A stretch of DNA of 64,000 nucleotides from Candidatus Marinacidobacterales bacterium (GTDB lineage: Bacteria; Acidobacteriota; Vicinamibacteria; Marinacidobacterales; DATDRI01): contig OZ245365.1 in assembly GCA_965226495.1 (NCBI GenBank), positions 960,001-1,024,000 on the forward strand, written 5' to 3'. Of this stretch, positions 10,115 through 18,746 are shown piece after piece; the first letter of the stretch is position 1; every line of letters starts with the position of its first letter. Position numbers and translations under genes: made by a program. The notes beneath the pieces are model-generated. The model did no database searches, was not told the DNA's origin, and worked only from the letters and a program-made list of their open reading frames with translations.

Positions 10115-10262
10115 AGCGTACCTCCTCCTAATTCATCGAGTCGGTATTCCCACGAGCTTGTGGATGTCGAGCCGGCAACAAGGTACTCTCCACGGGCAGG
10201 CGCGTCAACGTGACCGGCGCTCCCCAGAGCGTCCCCACCCTTGGCCGAGAGGGAGGCTTCAG

Positions 10263-12245
10263 ATGCTCGTATGGAAACGGATTAATTGTGTTCTCTTCCT
10301 GGTCCTTGCCGGGGCGACCTGTGCTTGCACTGCCAGTGGGCCTAGTGAGCCACGCAAGATCACGATCGAAGATGCCCTCGAGATCAAGGACACCGGGGCA
10401 CCCGCGTGGTTGCCTGGGGGCCGGGAGGTGTCTTTCTCCTGGAGCCGGGGTGGGGAAAGCGAGCTATGGGCGGCGGACGCGGCTGCGACCGAGAGAGGGC
10501 AACCAGGAGCCCCGACGCTCAGGCAGCTGGCGCCCCTTTCGGACCGGTCGGTTCCCACGATTTCCCCGGATGGGAAGTATCTCGCGTACGTCTCGAAGGA
10601 TCACATTTGGAAGATCCCGTTGGAAGGCGGCCGGCCGGTTCGCTTGACCACCGAGGAGGGCAGTTACCCTTCGAGGGGGATGGTCCTCAACTGGTCGCCG
10701 GACGGAAAACACATCGCGTTCTTCGTCCAGCGCGAAGACTCGCTGGCGCGACCGGGCTCACCGGCGGGGTTCGGCTACCAGACCGACGTCGGCATCGTAG
10801 CCGCTTCCGGAGGCGAGCCGAAGATGATCGCCAGCACCACCAGGGACGAGGACTCACCCATTTGGACGCCCGCGTCGGATCGCCTGGTTTTCTTAAGACG
10901 GTTCGAGGACTGGAAGGGCTACGAGATGTGGATCACCAACCTCGACGGCTCGGAGCAGCGACGGTTGGTGACCGAAACCTACGAGCGAGGTGTAGAGGAG
11001 TTCCGATTCGACGGCAACCACCACTTCTCCCCGGATGGGAAGCGCATCGTGTATCTCTCCAGTCGAACCGGTTACAACCACCTTTGGGTCGCACCCGTCG
11101 CGGGAGGCGACCCGGTTGAGATCACCACCGGACCGTACGTCGACTACCACCCCCGGTGGTCCCCCACCGAGGATCGAATCGTCTTCATCGGGAGTCGTGC
11201 CGGCGACGTCGAGGAAAGACACGTATGGGTGGTGGACGCTGATGGCGGCGAGCCGGTGCGGGTCTCGCCTGATGGTTTCTGCACGAATCCAGCATGGTCG
11301 CCGGACGGCAGCCGCGTGGCATACCGACGATCGAGCACTACCGAACCGCCGGAGATCGTCGTCCAGGAGGCTACGCCGGGGTCTCCCGTTTTTCGCCTGA
11401 CGGAGTCAAGGCCGGATCCCGTGGTCACCGCGGGCTTCGTCGAGCCCGAGGCCGTCCGCTATCCCAGCCGCGACGGTACCGAGGTTCCGGCCATTCTCCT
11501 GCGGCCCCGCGGGAACGAGCGGTCGGGCCCCGGGCTGTTGTTTTTCCACGGCAAGGGCGGCATCAACCTCAAGGGCTGGGGAGGCCTGCGCTACTACGCC
11601 TTCCACCAGTACCTGGTGCAGCAGGGTTACAGCGTGCTCTTCATCAACTGGCGCGGCACTCATATCGGGTACGGTGCCGACTTCGAGCGCGCCAACTACC
11701 GGGACTACGCTGGCGGCGAGCTCGACGACGTGGTGGCGGGCGCCGAGTTCCTCGACAAAGAAGTGGGAGTGGATCCAACGAGGATTGCCTGTTGGGGAAG
11801 CAGCTACGGCGGGTACATGACGATGTTGGCTATCACCAAGGCCCCTGAGGTCTGTAGCGCCGGGATCTCTCGCGTGGGCGTGTCCGACTGGGAGCTGATG
11901 CTCGAGCAGCCCGACAGGAAGCTCTACAACGTCCGCGTCCTCGCCAAGCTCGGCGACCCGGCCGAGAACCCGGAGATTTGGCAACGCGCCGCACCGATCC
12001 GCTACGCGGCCGAAGCCCGCTCCCCGCTCCTCATCCTTCAGGGACAGGACGATCCCGGCGTGGTGCCGGAGCAGGGGGAGACTCTCTACGACGCCATGAT
12101 CAAAGAGGGGAAGACGGTGGAGTACGTTGCCTACATCGGGGAGGGGCACGGCTTCACCCACACCGGGTCGCTCCGCGACCAATACAACCGGATGGTTGCC
12201 TTCCTCACCGAGCACAATGGTGTGCACACGGATTCGACGGACTGA
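10263..12245 (+). CDS. S9 family (prolyl oligopeptidase/DPP) peptidase with PD40 beta-propeller
   Basis: Repeated WSPDG; GSSYGG, QGQDD and GEGHGF catalytic motifs; GGAGG RBS before ATG 10263. Confidence 0.9.
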   Translation: MLVWKRINCVLFLVLAGATCACTASGPSEPRKITIEDALEIKDTGAPAWLPGGREVSFSWSRGGESELWAADAAATERGQPGAPTLRQLAPLSDRSVPTISPDGKYLAYVSKDHIWKIPLEGGRPVRLTTEEGSYPSRGMVLNWSPDGKHIAFFVQREDSLARPGSPAGFGYQTDVGIVAASGGEPKMIASTTRDEDSPIWTPASDRLVFLRRFEDWKGYEMWITNLDGSEQRRLVTETYERGVEEFRFDGNHHFSPDGKRIVYLSSRTGYNHLWVAPVAGGDPVEITTGPYVDYHPRWSPTEDRIVFIGSRAGDVEERHVWVVDADGGEPVRVSPDGFCTNPAWSPDGSRVAYRRSSTTEPPEIVVQEATPGSPVFRLTESRPDPVVTAGFVEPEAVRYPSRDGTEVPAILLRPRGNERSGPGLLFFHGKGGINLKGWGGLRYYAFHQYLVQQGYSVLFINWRGTHIGYGADFERANYRDYAGGELDDVVAGAEFLDKEVGVDPTRIACWGSSYGGYMTMLAITKAPEVCSAGISRVGVSDWELMLEQPDRKLYNVRVLAKLGDPAENPEIWQRAAPIRYAAEARSPLLILQGQDDPGVVPEQGETLYDAMIKEGKTVEYVAYIGEGHGFTHTGSLRDQYNRMVAFLTEHNGVHTDSTD

Positions 12246-12347
12246 CGCTTCCACTCGCCGGGCGGGCTTGAAATTTCCTATCCTTAATGCAAGCTTGGCG
12301 GGCCGTAGCCGGCACGAAAAGTCACGCTGGGAAGTAAGCGGCGAAGG

Positions 12348-12734
12348 TCAAGCAAGCTCGAGGTCAGTCTTCGGGAAATCGTCACCCGCAGCCAGCAAGG
12401 GTCGGCCCGCCAGGTGTGCGGTCGCGTAGGACATGCAATCGCCGAAGTTCAAGGCTGCCGGATGACGGCCCTTCCCAAACCGGAGCCAGGCTTCAACGGC
12501 GGTTCCATAGTGCGCCTCGCCAAAGGGAACGGTTGCGATGGAGGCTTCTATGAGGAAGCGCGAGAGGAGACTGCGGGCATCCTGACGCAACCGGGCAGAC
12601 AAGACAATGGCGGTCTCGGTCAAGGTCGGCACTCCGATACCAGCGTTAGGCTCCCGGAGCAGTTTCTCCAACAGGCTTTCAAAGCCGGGTTCTTTCAGGG
12701 CGATCGCAACAACTGCCGAGCTGTCGAGAATCAC
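12348..12734 (-). CDS. vapC: VapC PIN-domain toxin
   Basis: MILDSSAVVAI...RHPAALNFGDCMSYA...GDDF. Confidence 0.93.
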   Translation of the reverse strand: MILDSSAVVAIALKEPGFESLLEKLLREPNAGIGVPTLTETAIVLSARLRQDARSLLSRFLIEASIATVPFGEAHYGTAVEAWLRFGKGRHPAALNFGDCMSYATAHLAGRPLLAAGDDFPKTDLELA

Positions 12735-13003
12735 ACTCCCGCTTTGCCATACCCTAGTATGGCCTCCTCTTCTGCACGACTCAGTCTCCGGCCGATCTCC
12801 TCCGCGGGTACCGTCGGCCAGACCTCCTGCTCGAGAAACCGTCGGAGTCTGGCCTCACGGTTCGCGCTTGATACCAGGAAAGTGAGTCTTTCCCGGCGCT
12901 CCTCCAGCGCCTTCCGGACGGCTTCAGTCTTGCTCTCCCCGGCCAACCGGGCGACCTCCCGAACGAGCCGTTCAACCTCAGGATTCTTTATGTTCAATGG
13001 CAT
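12731..13003 (-). CDS. vapB: VapB antitoxin (Rv0623-like)
   Basis: MPLNIKNPEVERL...GESKTEAVRKAL...EEEAILGYG; overlaps the vapC start by 4 bp. Confidence 0.9.
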   Translation of the reverse strand: MPLNIKNPEVERLVREVARLAGESKTEAVRKALEERRERLTFLVSSANREARLRRFLEQEVWPTVPAEEIGRRLSRAEEEAILGYGKAGV

Positions 13004-13023
13004 AAGGGACTTACCTAGAGAGG

Positions 13024-13063
13024 ATTATATGATGTATGGTTTAAAAAGTCAACCATGGTTGAC
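13024..13063 (-). promoter_or_regulatory. Sigma70 promoter for vapBC with overlapping 16-bp palindrome
   Basis: Minus strand TTGACT (13052-13047), 17 nt, TATAAT (13029-13024); perfect palindrome GTCAACCATGGTTGAC at 13048-13063. Confidence 0.8.
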
Positions 13064-13093
13064 CAACTCCCCCACGGCGGCACCTTTTCGAAG

Positions 13094-13128
13094 TTGACAG
13101 CAAAGTGGGTATCAGTTAAAATGATACC
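13094..13128 (+). promoter_or_regulatory. Sigma70 promoter (probably leaderless) with inverted-repeat operator
   Basis: TTGACA (13094-13099), 17 nt, TAAAAT (13117-13122), ATG at 13129; GGTATCA-N7-TGATACC at 13108-13128. Confidence 0.8.
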
Positions 13129-13332
13129 ATGAAACCGAAGGAAACTCTCGCAAGGTTCGCCGCTTTTCTGGGGATCGATCTTCAGGACTGCGTCGCACTC
13201 GCCCCGAATCACGAGGAGCTGAAGGTCGTCGTCGCACCATGGATAGAGGCGCCGGATGCGAACGTCGATTGGCCCGCTCCTGTCCGTGCCACACTCGAAG
13301 ACCTGCAACGGAGGCTGGGCCGTGGCGTATAA
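13129..13332 (+). pseudogene. Short ORF, probably an internally deleted nucleotidyltransferase-like (DUF6036-like) gene
   Basis: N-terminal MKPKETLARFAAFL joins directly to GIDLQDCVALAP...DANVDWP...LGRGV, which by recollection resemble the two ends of longer proteins. Unverified. Confidence 0.45.
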
Positions 13333-13993
13333 ACGTGTCGACGTGTCCTCCGAGCCTCTCCGCGGCGAAGAGCTCACAGCTGCGATGGTGGGCGTTGGCT
13401 TGAACTTCGCTGCTTCCGCGACCGCTGAGCCGAACATGGAAGACACGCTTCTTGATGCCTCGGTGGAAGGGATGGAGCGAGATGATCTACGGGTGCTTGC
13501 CGTTCTCGTCACGTGGCTGGGAATCCACCATCCGTGGATCAACGCGGATCGTCTCATCCGGGCGGTTCGCACTCAGACAAGCTCGCGAGTACGGTGCTTC
13601 TGGGCTGCGGTAGCGCGTTGGCTGCACCGCGATCGGCGCCTTGTGCGTCTCGTCGAGCTGTACGATGGCCCGCGCATCGATCTTCTCAGGACAGGGACGG
13701 GTTTTCAGATGCGCCGCAGAGGCGAGGACGAGCGATTCGTTGGTGGACCGCTACGAGCCCCTGCAGGAGTCCTTCGTGATCGCGTAAGCGATGTGCTCTC
13801 GGCGGCCGAGCTCGCGAAGCACCATCGGACGTATCGTTACCGCGTGCTGATGGGTCCGAGCTACCGGGCAGACATGTGGGCCGCACTCGAACTAGACCCG
13901 ACGCTGTCACCCTCTGAGCTTGCGCGTCAAACCTATGGATCGTTCGCTACTGCGTGGCAGGTCAAACGCGACTGGGAGCTGCTGGCAGCCTGA
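13322..13993 (+). CDS. Hypothetical protein with C-terminal HTH-like segment
   Basis: GTG at 13322 overlaps the upstream ORF; C-terminal LSPSELARQTYGSFATAWQVK looks like an HTH. Confidence 0.65.
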   Translation: MAYKRVDVSSEPLRGEELTAAMVGVGLNFAASATAEPNMEDTLLDASVEGMERDDLRVLAVLVTWLGIHHPWINADRLIRAVRTQTSSRVRCFWAAVARWLHRDRRLVRLVELYDGPRIDLLRTGTGFQMRRRGEDERFVGGPLRAPAGVLRDRVSDVLSAAELAKHHRTYRYRVLMGPSYRADMWAALELDPTLSPSELARQTYGSFATAWQVKRDWELLAA

Positions 13994-14038
13994 TGCGACT
14001 AATGAGCACACTCTAGAGAACGCGGGGGAGCATTCCAA

Positions 14039-14446
14039 GTGGCGGGCTATTCGGGAACTCCACTTGCAACGAAGCTCGGCATCAAGCCGGGATTCCGAGT
14101 GAAGATCAAGAACGCTCCAGCGAACTACCGGCGGCTGTTGGCTCCACTGCCGAATGAGGTGCTGATTTCCGCCGGTCTCCGCAGTGAGATCGACCTTTGG
14201 CACCTTTTCACCAAGTCACGCTCGGAACTCTCACGTCAACTTAAGAGCTGTTTAGTTCAGATCCGGCAGGACGGTATGATCTGGGTATCCTGGCCGAAAA
14301 AATCATCAGCCGTAGAGACAGACATTACAGAGGACACTATCCGTGAGCTCGCGTTACCACTCGGTTTGGTTGACGTAAAAGTCTGCGCGGTTGACGATAC
14401 CTGGTCGGGACTGAAACTTGTCATTCGGAAGAGCCATCGCAAGTGA
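14039..14446 (+). CDS. DUF3052 family protein
   Basis: MAGYSGTPLATKLGIK, WVSWPKK, GLVDVKVCAVDDTWSGLKLV. Confidence 0.85.
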   Translation: MAGYSGTPLATKLGIKPGFRVKIKNAPANYRRLLAPLPNEVLISAGLRSEIDLWHLFTKSRSELSRQLKSCLVQIRQDGMIWVSWPKKSSAVETDITEDTIRELALPLGLVDVKVCAVDDTWSGLKLVIRKSHRK

Positions 14447-14480
14447 CGACTAACCAGTCACGCCGGACGGCGCCCCATGC

Positions 14481-15107
14481 ATGCCGGATGATTTCATGAG
14501 CCTGGTCGGAGATCGCGGCGTACGGGCTCGAGCGTTGGGTCGAGGCTACTTCCCCCATCAGCTATCGTGCCTAATCGACAACCCGTTGCGCCGACTCTTG
14601 CTCACCCCGGCACAACTGGCGAACCGGCTGCCTCTAACAGAGTCTAGTCACGTGCTGGAAGTTGGTCCAGGCTCCGGATACTTCAGTGCGGAGCTAGCGC
14701 GCCGCGTCCCGCAGGGCCGGCTCGAGCTTCTCGATCTGCAACCGGAAATGCTCGCGAAGGCGAGGCGGAAGCTGCAGGCGAGGGGGCATCGGAACGTGAG
14801 CTACACGACGCACGATGCGAGTGAGCGCTTCCCCTTCCCGGACGAGTCCTTCGACGTTGCGGTTCTGGTCGCCGTCCTCGGCGAGGTTCCGAATTCAGAG
14901 TCCTGTCTGCACGAACTGTTTCGCGTGATGCGGGGTGGTGGAGTGCTCGCTATCCACGAGCACGTACCCGATCCCGACCGGATCCCCCTGGTAGAACTTC
15001 GACCGATGGTGGAAGCGTGCGGTTTTCGGTTTCGCCAATGCTGCGGCCCGCGGTGGAATTACACCGCCACCTTCGAGCGTCCTTTGCCGGCGAGGGGCGC
15101 CGCGTAA
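14481..15107 (+). CDS. Class I SAM-dependent methyltransferase
   Basis: VLEVGPGSG motif I, LDLQPEML, FPDESFD. Confidence 0.88.
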   Translation: MPDDFMSLVGDRGVRARALGRGYFPHQLSCLIDNPLRRLLLTPAQLANRLPLTESSHVLEVGPGSGYFSAELARRVPQGRLELLDLQPEMLAKARRKLQARGHRNVSYTTHDASERFPFPDESFDVAVLVAVLGEVPNSESCLHELFRVMRGGGVLAIHEHVPDPDRIPLVELRPMVEACGFRFRQCCGPRWNYTATFERPLPARGAA

Positions 15108-15272
15108 CAAGCATTTGAACGTGACGCCGGTCAGGTGGCGCAGTCGTGCTGATGTCGCGAATGCCTTTCAACTGAAAAGCGAATTCGGTTGCTGAACCGT
15201 TGCTGCCGCGATAGCGAGACGACCGGCACTCGCGAGCTTCGGGAGGCGATCGGTCTTAAAATCGCTTAGACG

Positions 15273-16465
15273 ATGAACCGCCGGGGTTTTCTGTTCAATG
15301 CGGCGAGTGCAGTGCTCGCGCTAGCAGGCAAGGCGCCGGCGCGCGCCTCGCCGCCTCGCCATTCTGGTGCCGTTACCCTCTTTCTATGTGGCGACGTCAT
15401 GACCGGCAGGGGCATCGATCAGGCGCTCCCCCACCCGAGCGACTCGCGTATTCACGAGCGCACCCTTAAATCGGCCCTCGGCTATGTGCAACTCGCCGAA
15501 GCCGCCAACGGCCCCATCGCTCGACCGGTCGACTACGACTACACATGGGGAGCGGCGCTCGAAGAGTTGGACCGGGACACTCGACGCCAGGATCATCAAT
15601 CTCGAGACAACCGTGACGAAAAGTGACGATTGGTTGGCCAAGGGGATCAACTATCGGATGCATCCTGCAAACGTTTCTTGCCTGACGGCGGCAGGAATAG
15701 ACTGCTGCGTGCTCGGCAACAATCACATTCTAGATTGGGGCCACTCCAGCCTTTCCGAGACATTGGCGACTCTGCGGAAGGCCGGCTTGAAAACCGCGGG
15801 AGCGGGACGAGATATCGAAGAAGCGGAGGCGCCGGCGATTTTGGAGCTCGACGGCGAGAGACGAGTCCTGGTCTTGTCTTTTGGATCGGTCACTGCCGGG
15901 ATACCGCGGCAGTGGGCCGCCACCAGGGGCACTCCCGGTGTCAATCTGTTCCCAAACCTCTCCGGCGGAACCATCCGGCACATTGCTAGGAAGGTCGAGG
16001 CTCTGAAGCAGCCGGGAGACGTCGTGGTGGCTTCGATTCATTGGGGTAGTAATTGGGGCTTCCACATTCCGCGTGAGCAGCGGACGTTCGCGCACAAGCT
16101 CCATCGAAGAGGCATACGTGGACGTGGTGCATGGCCACTCGTCGCACCATGCCAAGGGAATCGAGGTCTACAAAGAAAAGCCAATCCTCTACGGATGCGG
16201 TGATTTCATCAATGACTATGAAGGGATCCACGGGCATGAAGAGTATCGAAGCGATCTGTGTCTGATGTACTTCGTCCGGATGGACCCGTCGACGGGCACG
16301 CTTTCCGGTTTGGAGATGACGCCTCTCCAGATCCGGCGCTTCCGCCTGAATCACGCATCGAAAGAGGACGCGAGATGGCTACGAGACACGCTGGACCGAG
16401 AATCTCGAAAGCTCGACACCCGCGTGGAATTGCGGGCGGACACCCTGTCCCTCCAATGGCACTGA
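15273..16465 (+). pseudogene. CapA/PGA_cap family metallophosphoesterase, Tat-exported, split by two frameshifts
   Basis: MNRRGFL Tat signal; GDVMTGRG, INLET, GNNHILDWG, IHWGSNWG, HGHSSHH and YGCGDF lie in three frames (shifts near 15575 and 16100). Confidence 0.8.
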
Positions 16466-16503
16466 AAAAGCCTGTGAAGAGGAAGGTGCGATTGCCGGAG
16501 AGG

Positions 16504-16659
16504 GAGGGACCCGCTGCGGGTGGTCGTGCCCTTTCCCCATTACCTCGAATGTGCTATTTTCCGGACGTACCGAGAGCCGAAGCGCTCTCGCGAACATGAA
16601 CTCAGTGGTTCTTGCTCACGCGGCCACGGTCCAACTTCCTATGATTTGATTTTCCTATG
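16504..16659 (+). repeat. Dispersed leader repeat, copy 1
   Basis: Similar over ~150 bp to 18594-18746; the core also matches 40353-40425 on the minus strand. Confidence 0.9.
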
Positions 16660-17670
16660 ATCTCTCTCCCCCTGCCTGTGATCGATCGCGCCTCCATTGC
16701 CCGTGGCACGATCGCTGCCTGCCTGATGCTGGCCGCTCCCGCTAGCGGTGTCGAGCTCGATTTGAAGGAGTACAACGAGCTCGTGGAGCGCTATCGCCAA
16801 GGGCTCCGCTTCTCCGCGGCCCGGGCGCTGTCGGAGCTTCCCCAAGAAAGCGCTCGCTCGACGGCAGCAGAGTTCCGCGCGAGTGCTCCTCCCGACCTCC
16901 AGCTCCAAGCCGCAGCTCTCCTTCACATCGAGATCGCGCGTCGGTTCGCGAAGGGCAGGGCCACGCACATCGAGTTGGCGATACAGCACACGCAGGCGAT
17001 GAAAGATGCCGACCGGCGAACGAGCTTTCAGAAGAGATGGGGTCTGGCCCTCGGCTATTTCTACTACTACGTCCTCCGCTTTTCCGATGGGGAGGCCGTG
17101 CTCCAGGCCGCCTTCGATCTTACACCTGGAGATTGGGAGCTCCGATACGCCCTGGCGACTCTGCGTGAGGCGTTTGCGTTCACGCGAAGGGACCCAAGTC
17201 TCTTTCAGGCGGCCGAATCGGATTACCGGGCGATGCTACGAGAGCGTGCCGAGGAGCCGGAGCTCCACATACGACTGGGACACGTGCTGTGGCGTCGCGG
17301 TAGGGTGTCGGAGTCTCTCGACGAGCTTCGCAGAAATGTTTCGGCGGTCGAAGGACCGACTCGGCTGGTTGCTCATCTCGTTCTCGGTGAGATCTACGAT
17401 GGTCGTGACGAAATGGAGGAAGCCTTGCTCAACTTTCGGGCCGCCCTCGCGGTCGACCCGGACTGTCAGGCCGCATCGGCGGCCCTTGGAATGGCGCTTC
17501 ATCGAGCTGGGGAACGGCGAGACGCCTTGACGGTCACGAAACGTTTGCTGGAATCGAAGGAAGGCGCCTCCGTTCGAGACGATGGCTGGTGGCGCTACTT
17601 ATTGAGCAGGGCCGTGGATTACGACAAGATGTTTCAGGAGCTCCAGGAAGAAGTCCGCCCCCTGAGATGA
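16657..17670 (+). CDS. TPR-repeat protein, secreted
   Basis: Helical TPR-like repeats, hydrophobic N-terminus, C-terminal DDGWWRY; start uncertain. Confidence 0.7.
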   Translation: MISLPLPVIDRASIARGTIAACLMLAAPASGVELDLKEYNELVERYRQGLRFSAARALSELPQESARSTAAEFRASAPPDLQLQAAALLHIEIARRFAKGRATHIELAIQHTQAMKDADRRTSFQKRWGLALGYFYYYVLRFSDGEAVLQAAFDLTPGDWELRYALATLREAFAFTRRDPSLFQAAESDYRAMLRERAEEPELHIRLGHVLWRRGRVSESLDELRRNVSAVEGPTRLVAHLVLGEIYDGRDEMEEALLNFRAALAVDPDCQAASAALGMALHRAGERRDALTVTKRLLESKEGASVRDDGWWRYLLSRAVDYDKMFQELQEEVRPLR

Positions 17671-18581
17671 TGACGGTTCTTCCCCTGCTCTGTAGCTTGT
17701 CGCTAATGGTCACCGCGCCCACGCGACAGGACGTCATAACGTTTCGCGTCGACGTTCGGACGGTCTACATCGACGTCTTCGTGACCCGAAACGGCAAGCA
17801 AGTGACCGGGCTTGGTGCCGAGGACTTCGAGGTCTACGACAACGGGGTCAAGCAAACGGTCCAGCTCGCAGATACCGAGGGTCTGGCGCTAAGCGTCCTG
17901 CTCTTGCTGGACACCAGCGGAAGCATTACCGGCTCCGGGTGGAACCAGCTCGGGGAGGCAGCGGTGGCCTTTACGAGGGAGCTGGGGGGTGAGGACGAAA
18001 CCGCCTTGTTGACTTTCTCCCGGCGTGCCAGTCTGCGGATGGGGTTCGGCGAGGAGGGAGGGGATGCTTTGTATGCCGCCGTCGCCGATAGAGGAGAGCG
18101 CGGGCCTACGGCACTGAACGAGGCACTGTTTTTCGGCCTGAATGTACTCGAAAGCAGGGAAGGAAGACCGCTCGCGCTCATCCTTACGGATGGCATCGAC
18201 AACGCGAGCTGGCTTTCCGCGGAAAGTGTCTTGCAGATGGCTCGCTCCTCCGAAGCCGTGGTCTACGCGTTGTTCGTAACTCCGCTCGGCCGGGGGACGA
18301 TTCGCTCACCGCTTTCCGCCCCGAGCTCCAAACCGGAGGGAACGGAGCAGTTCCTCTCGGATCTGACCCGAGCCACAGGAGGGCGCCTCATCCGACTCGA
18401 CTCGACGAAGAACTTGGGGGAGGACTACCTCGAAATCCTGGCCGAGATGAAAACGCGTTACCTCCTGGCCTTCGAGCCGCAGGGCGTCTCCGATTCCGGA
18501 TGGCACCGCTTAGAGGTACGTCTCCCGGGAAAAAGAGGGACGCAGCTCCGTGCTCGCTCGGGCTATCAAGCGAAGCCGTGA
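17667..18581 (+). CDS. VWA domain protein (acidobacterial VWFA type)
   Basis: FRVDVRTVYIDVFVT, DFEVYDNGVKQ, MIDAS DTSGS, LTDGIDNAS, RARSGY. Confidence 0.9.
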   Translation: MMTVLPLLCSLSLMVTAPTRQDVITFRVDVRTVYIDVFVTRNGKQVTGLGAEDFEVYDNGVKQTVQLADTEGLALSVLLLLDTSGSITGSGWNQLGEAAVAFTRELGGEDETALLTFSRRASLRMGFGEEGGDALYAAVADRGERGPTALNEALFFGLNVLESREGRPLALILTDGIDNASWLSAESVLQMARSSEAVVYALFVTPLGRGTIRSPLSAPSSKPEGTEQFLSDLTRATGGRLIRLDSTKNLGEDYLEILAEMKTRYLLAFEPQGVSDSGWHRLEVRLPGKRGTQLRARSGYQAKP

Positions 18582-18593
18582 GGGAAGGGAAAT

Positions 18594-18746
18594 GAGGGAC
18601 CCGCTGCGGGTGGTCGCGCCTTTCCCGCATTGCGTCGGATGTGCTATTTTCCGGGCGTGACGACAGCCCGAACCGGGTCTCGCCAACATGAACTCAGTGG
18701 TTTTTGCTCACGGGGCCACGGTCAAATTTCCTAGGATTTTCCCATG
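18594..18746 (+). repeat. Dispersed leader repeat, copy 2
   Basis: GAGGGACCCGCTGCGGGTGGTCG...AACATGAACTCAGTGG...GCTCACG.GGCCACGGTC...TTCCTA.GATTT, ending at the kinase ATG. Confidence 0.9.

Noticed and set aside
9990-10262. Longest-ORF N-terminal extensions (also 3791, 44386, 59853, 59931)
   Set aside because: They overlap neighbouring genes; downstream starts fit RBS, promoter and signal-peptide evidence better.
14447-15240. Integron attC-like starts (GACTAACCAG at ~14448, GCGTAACAAGCATTTGAAC at ~15102) after small accessory genes
   Set aside because: Only imperfect left ends; no matching GTTRRRY end, no convincing hairpin and no IntI. They could be decayed cassettes but this is unsupported.
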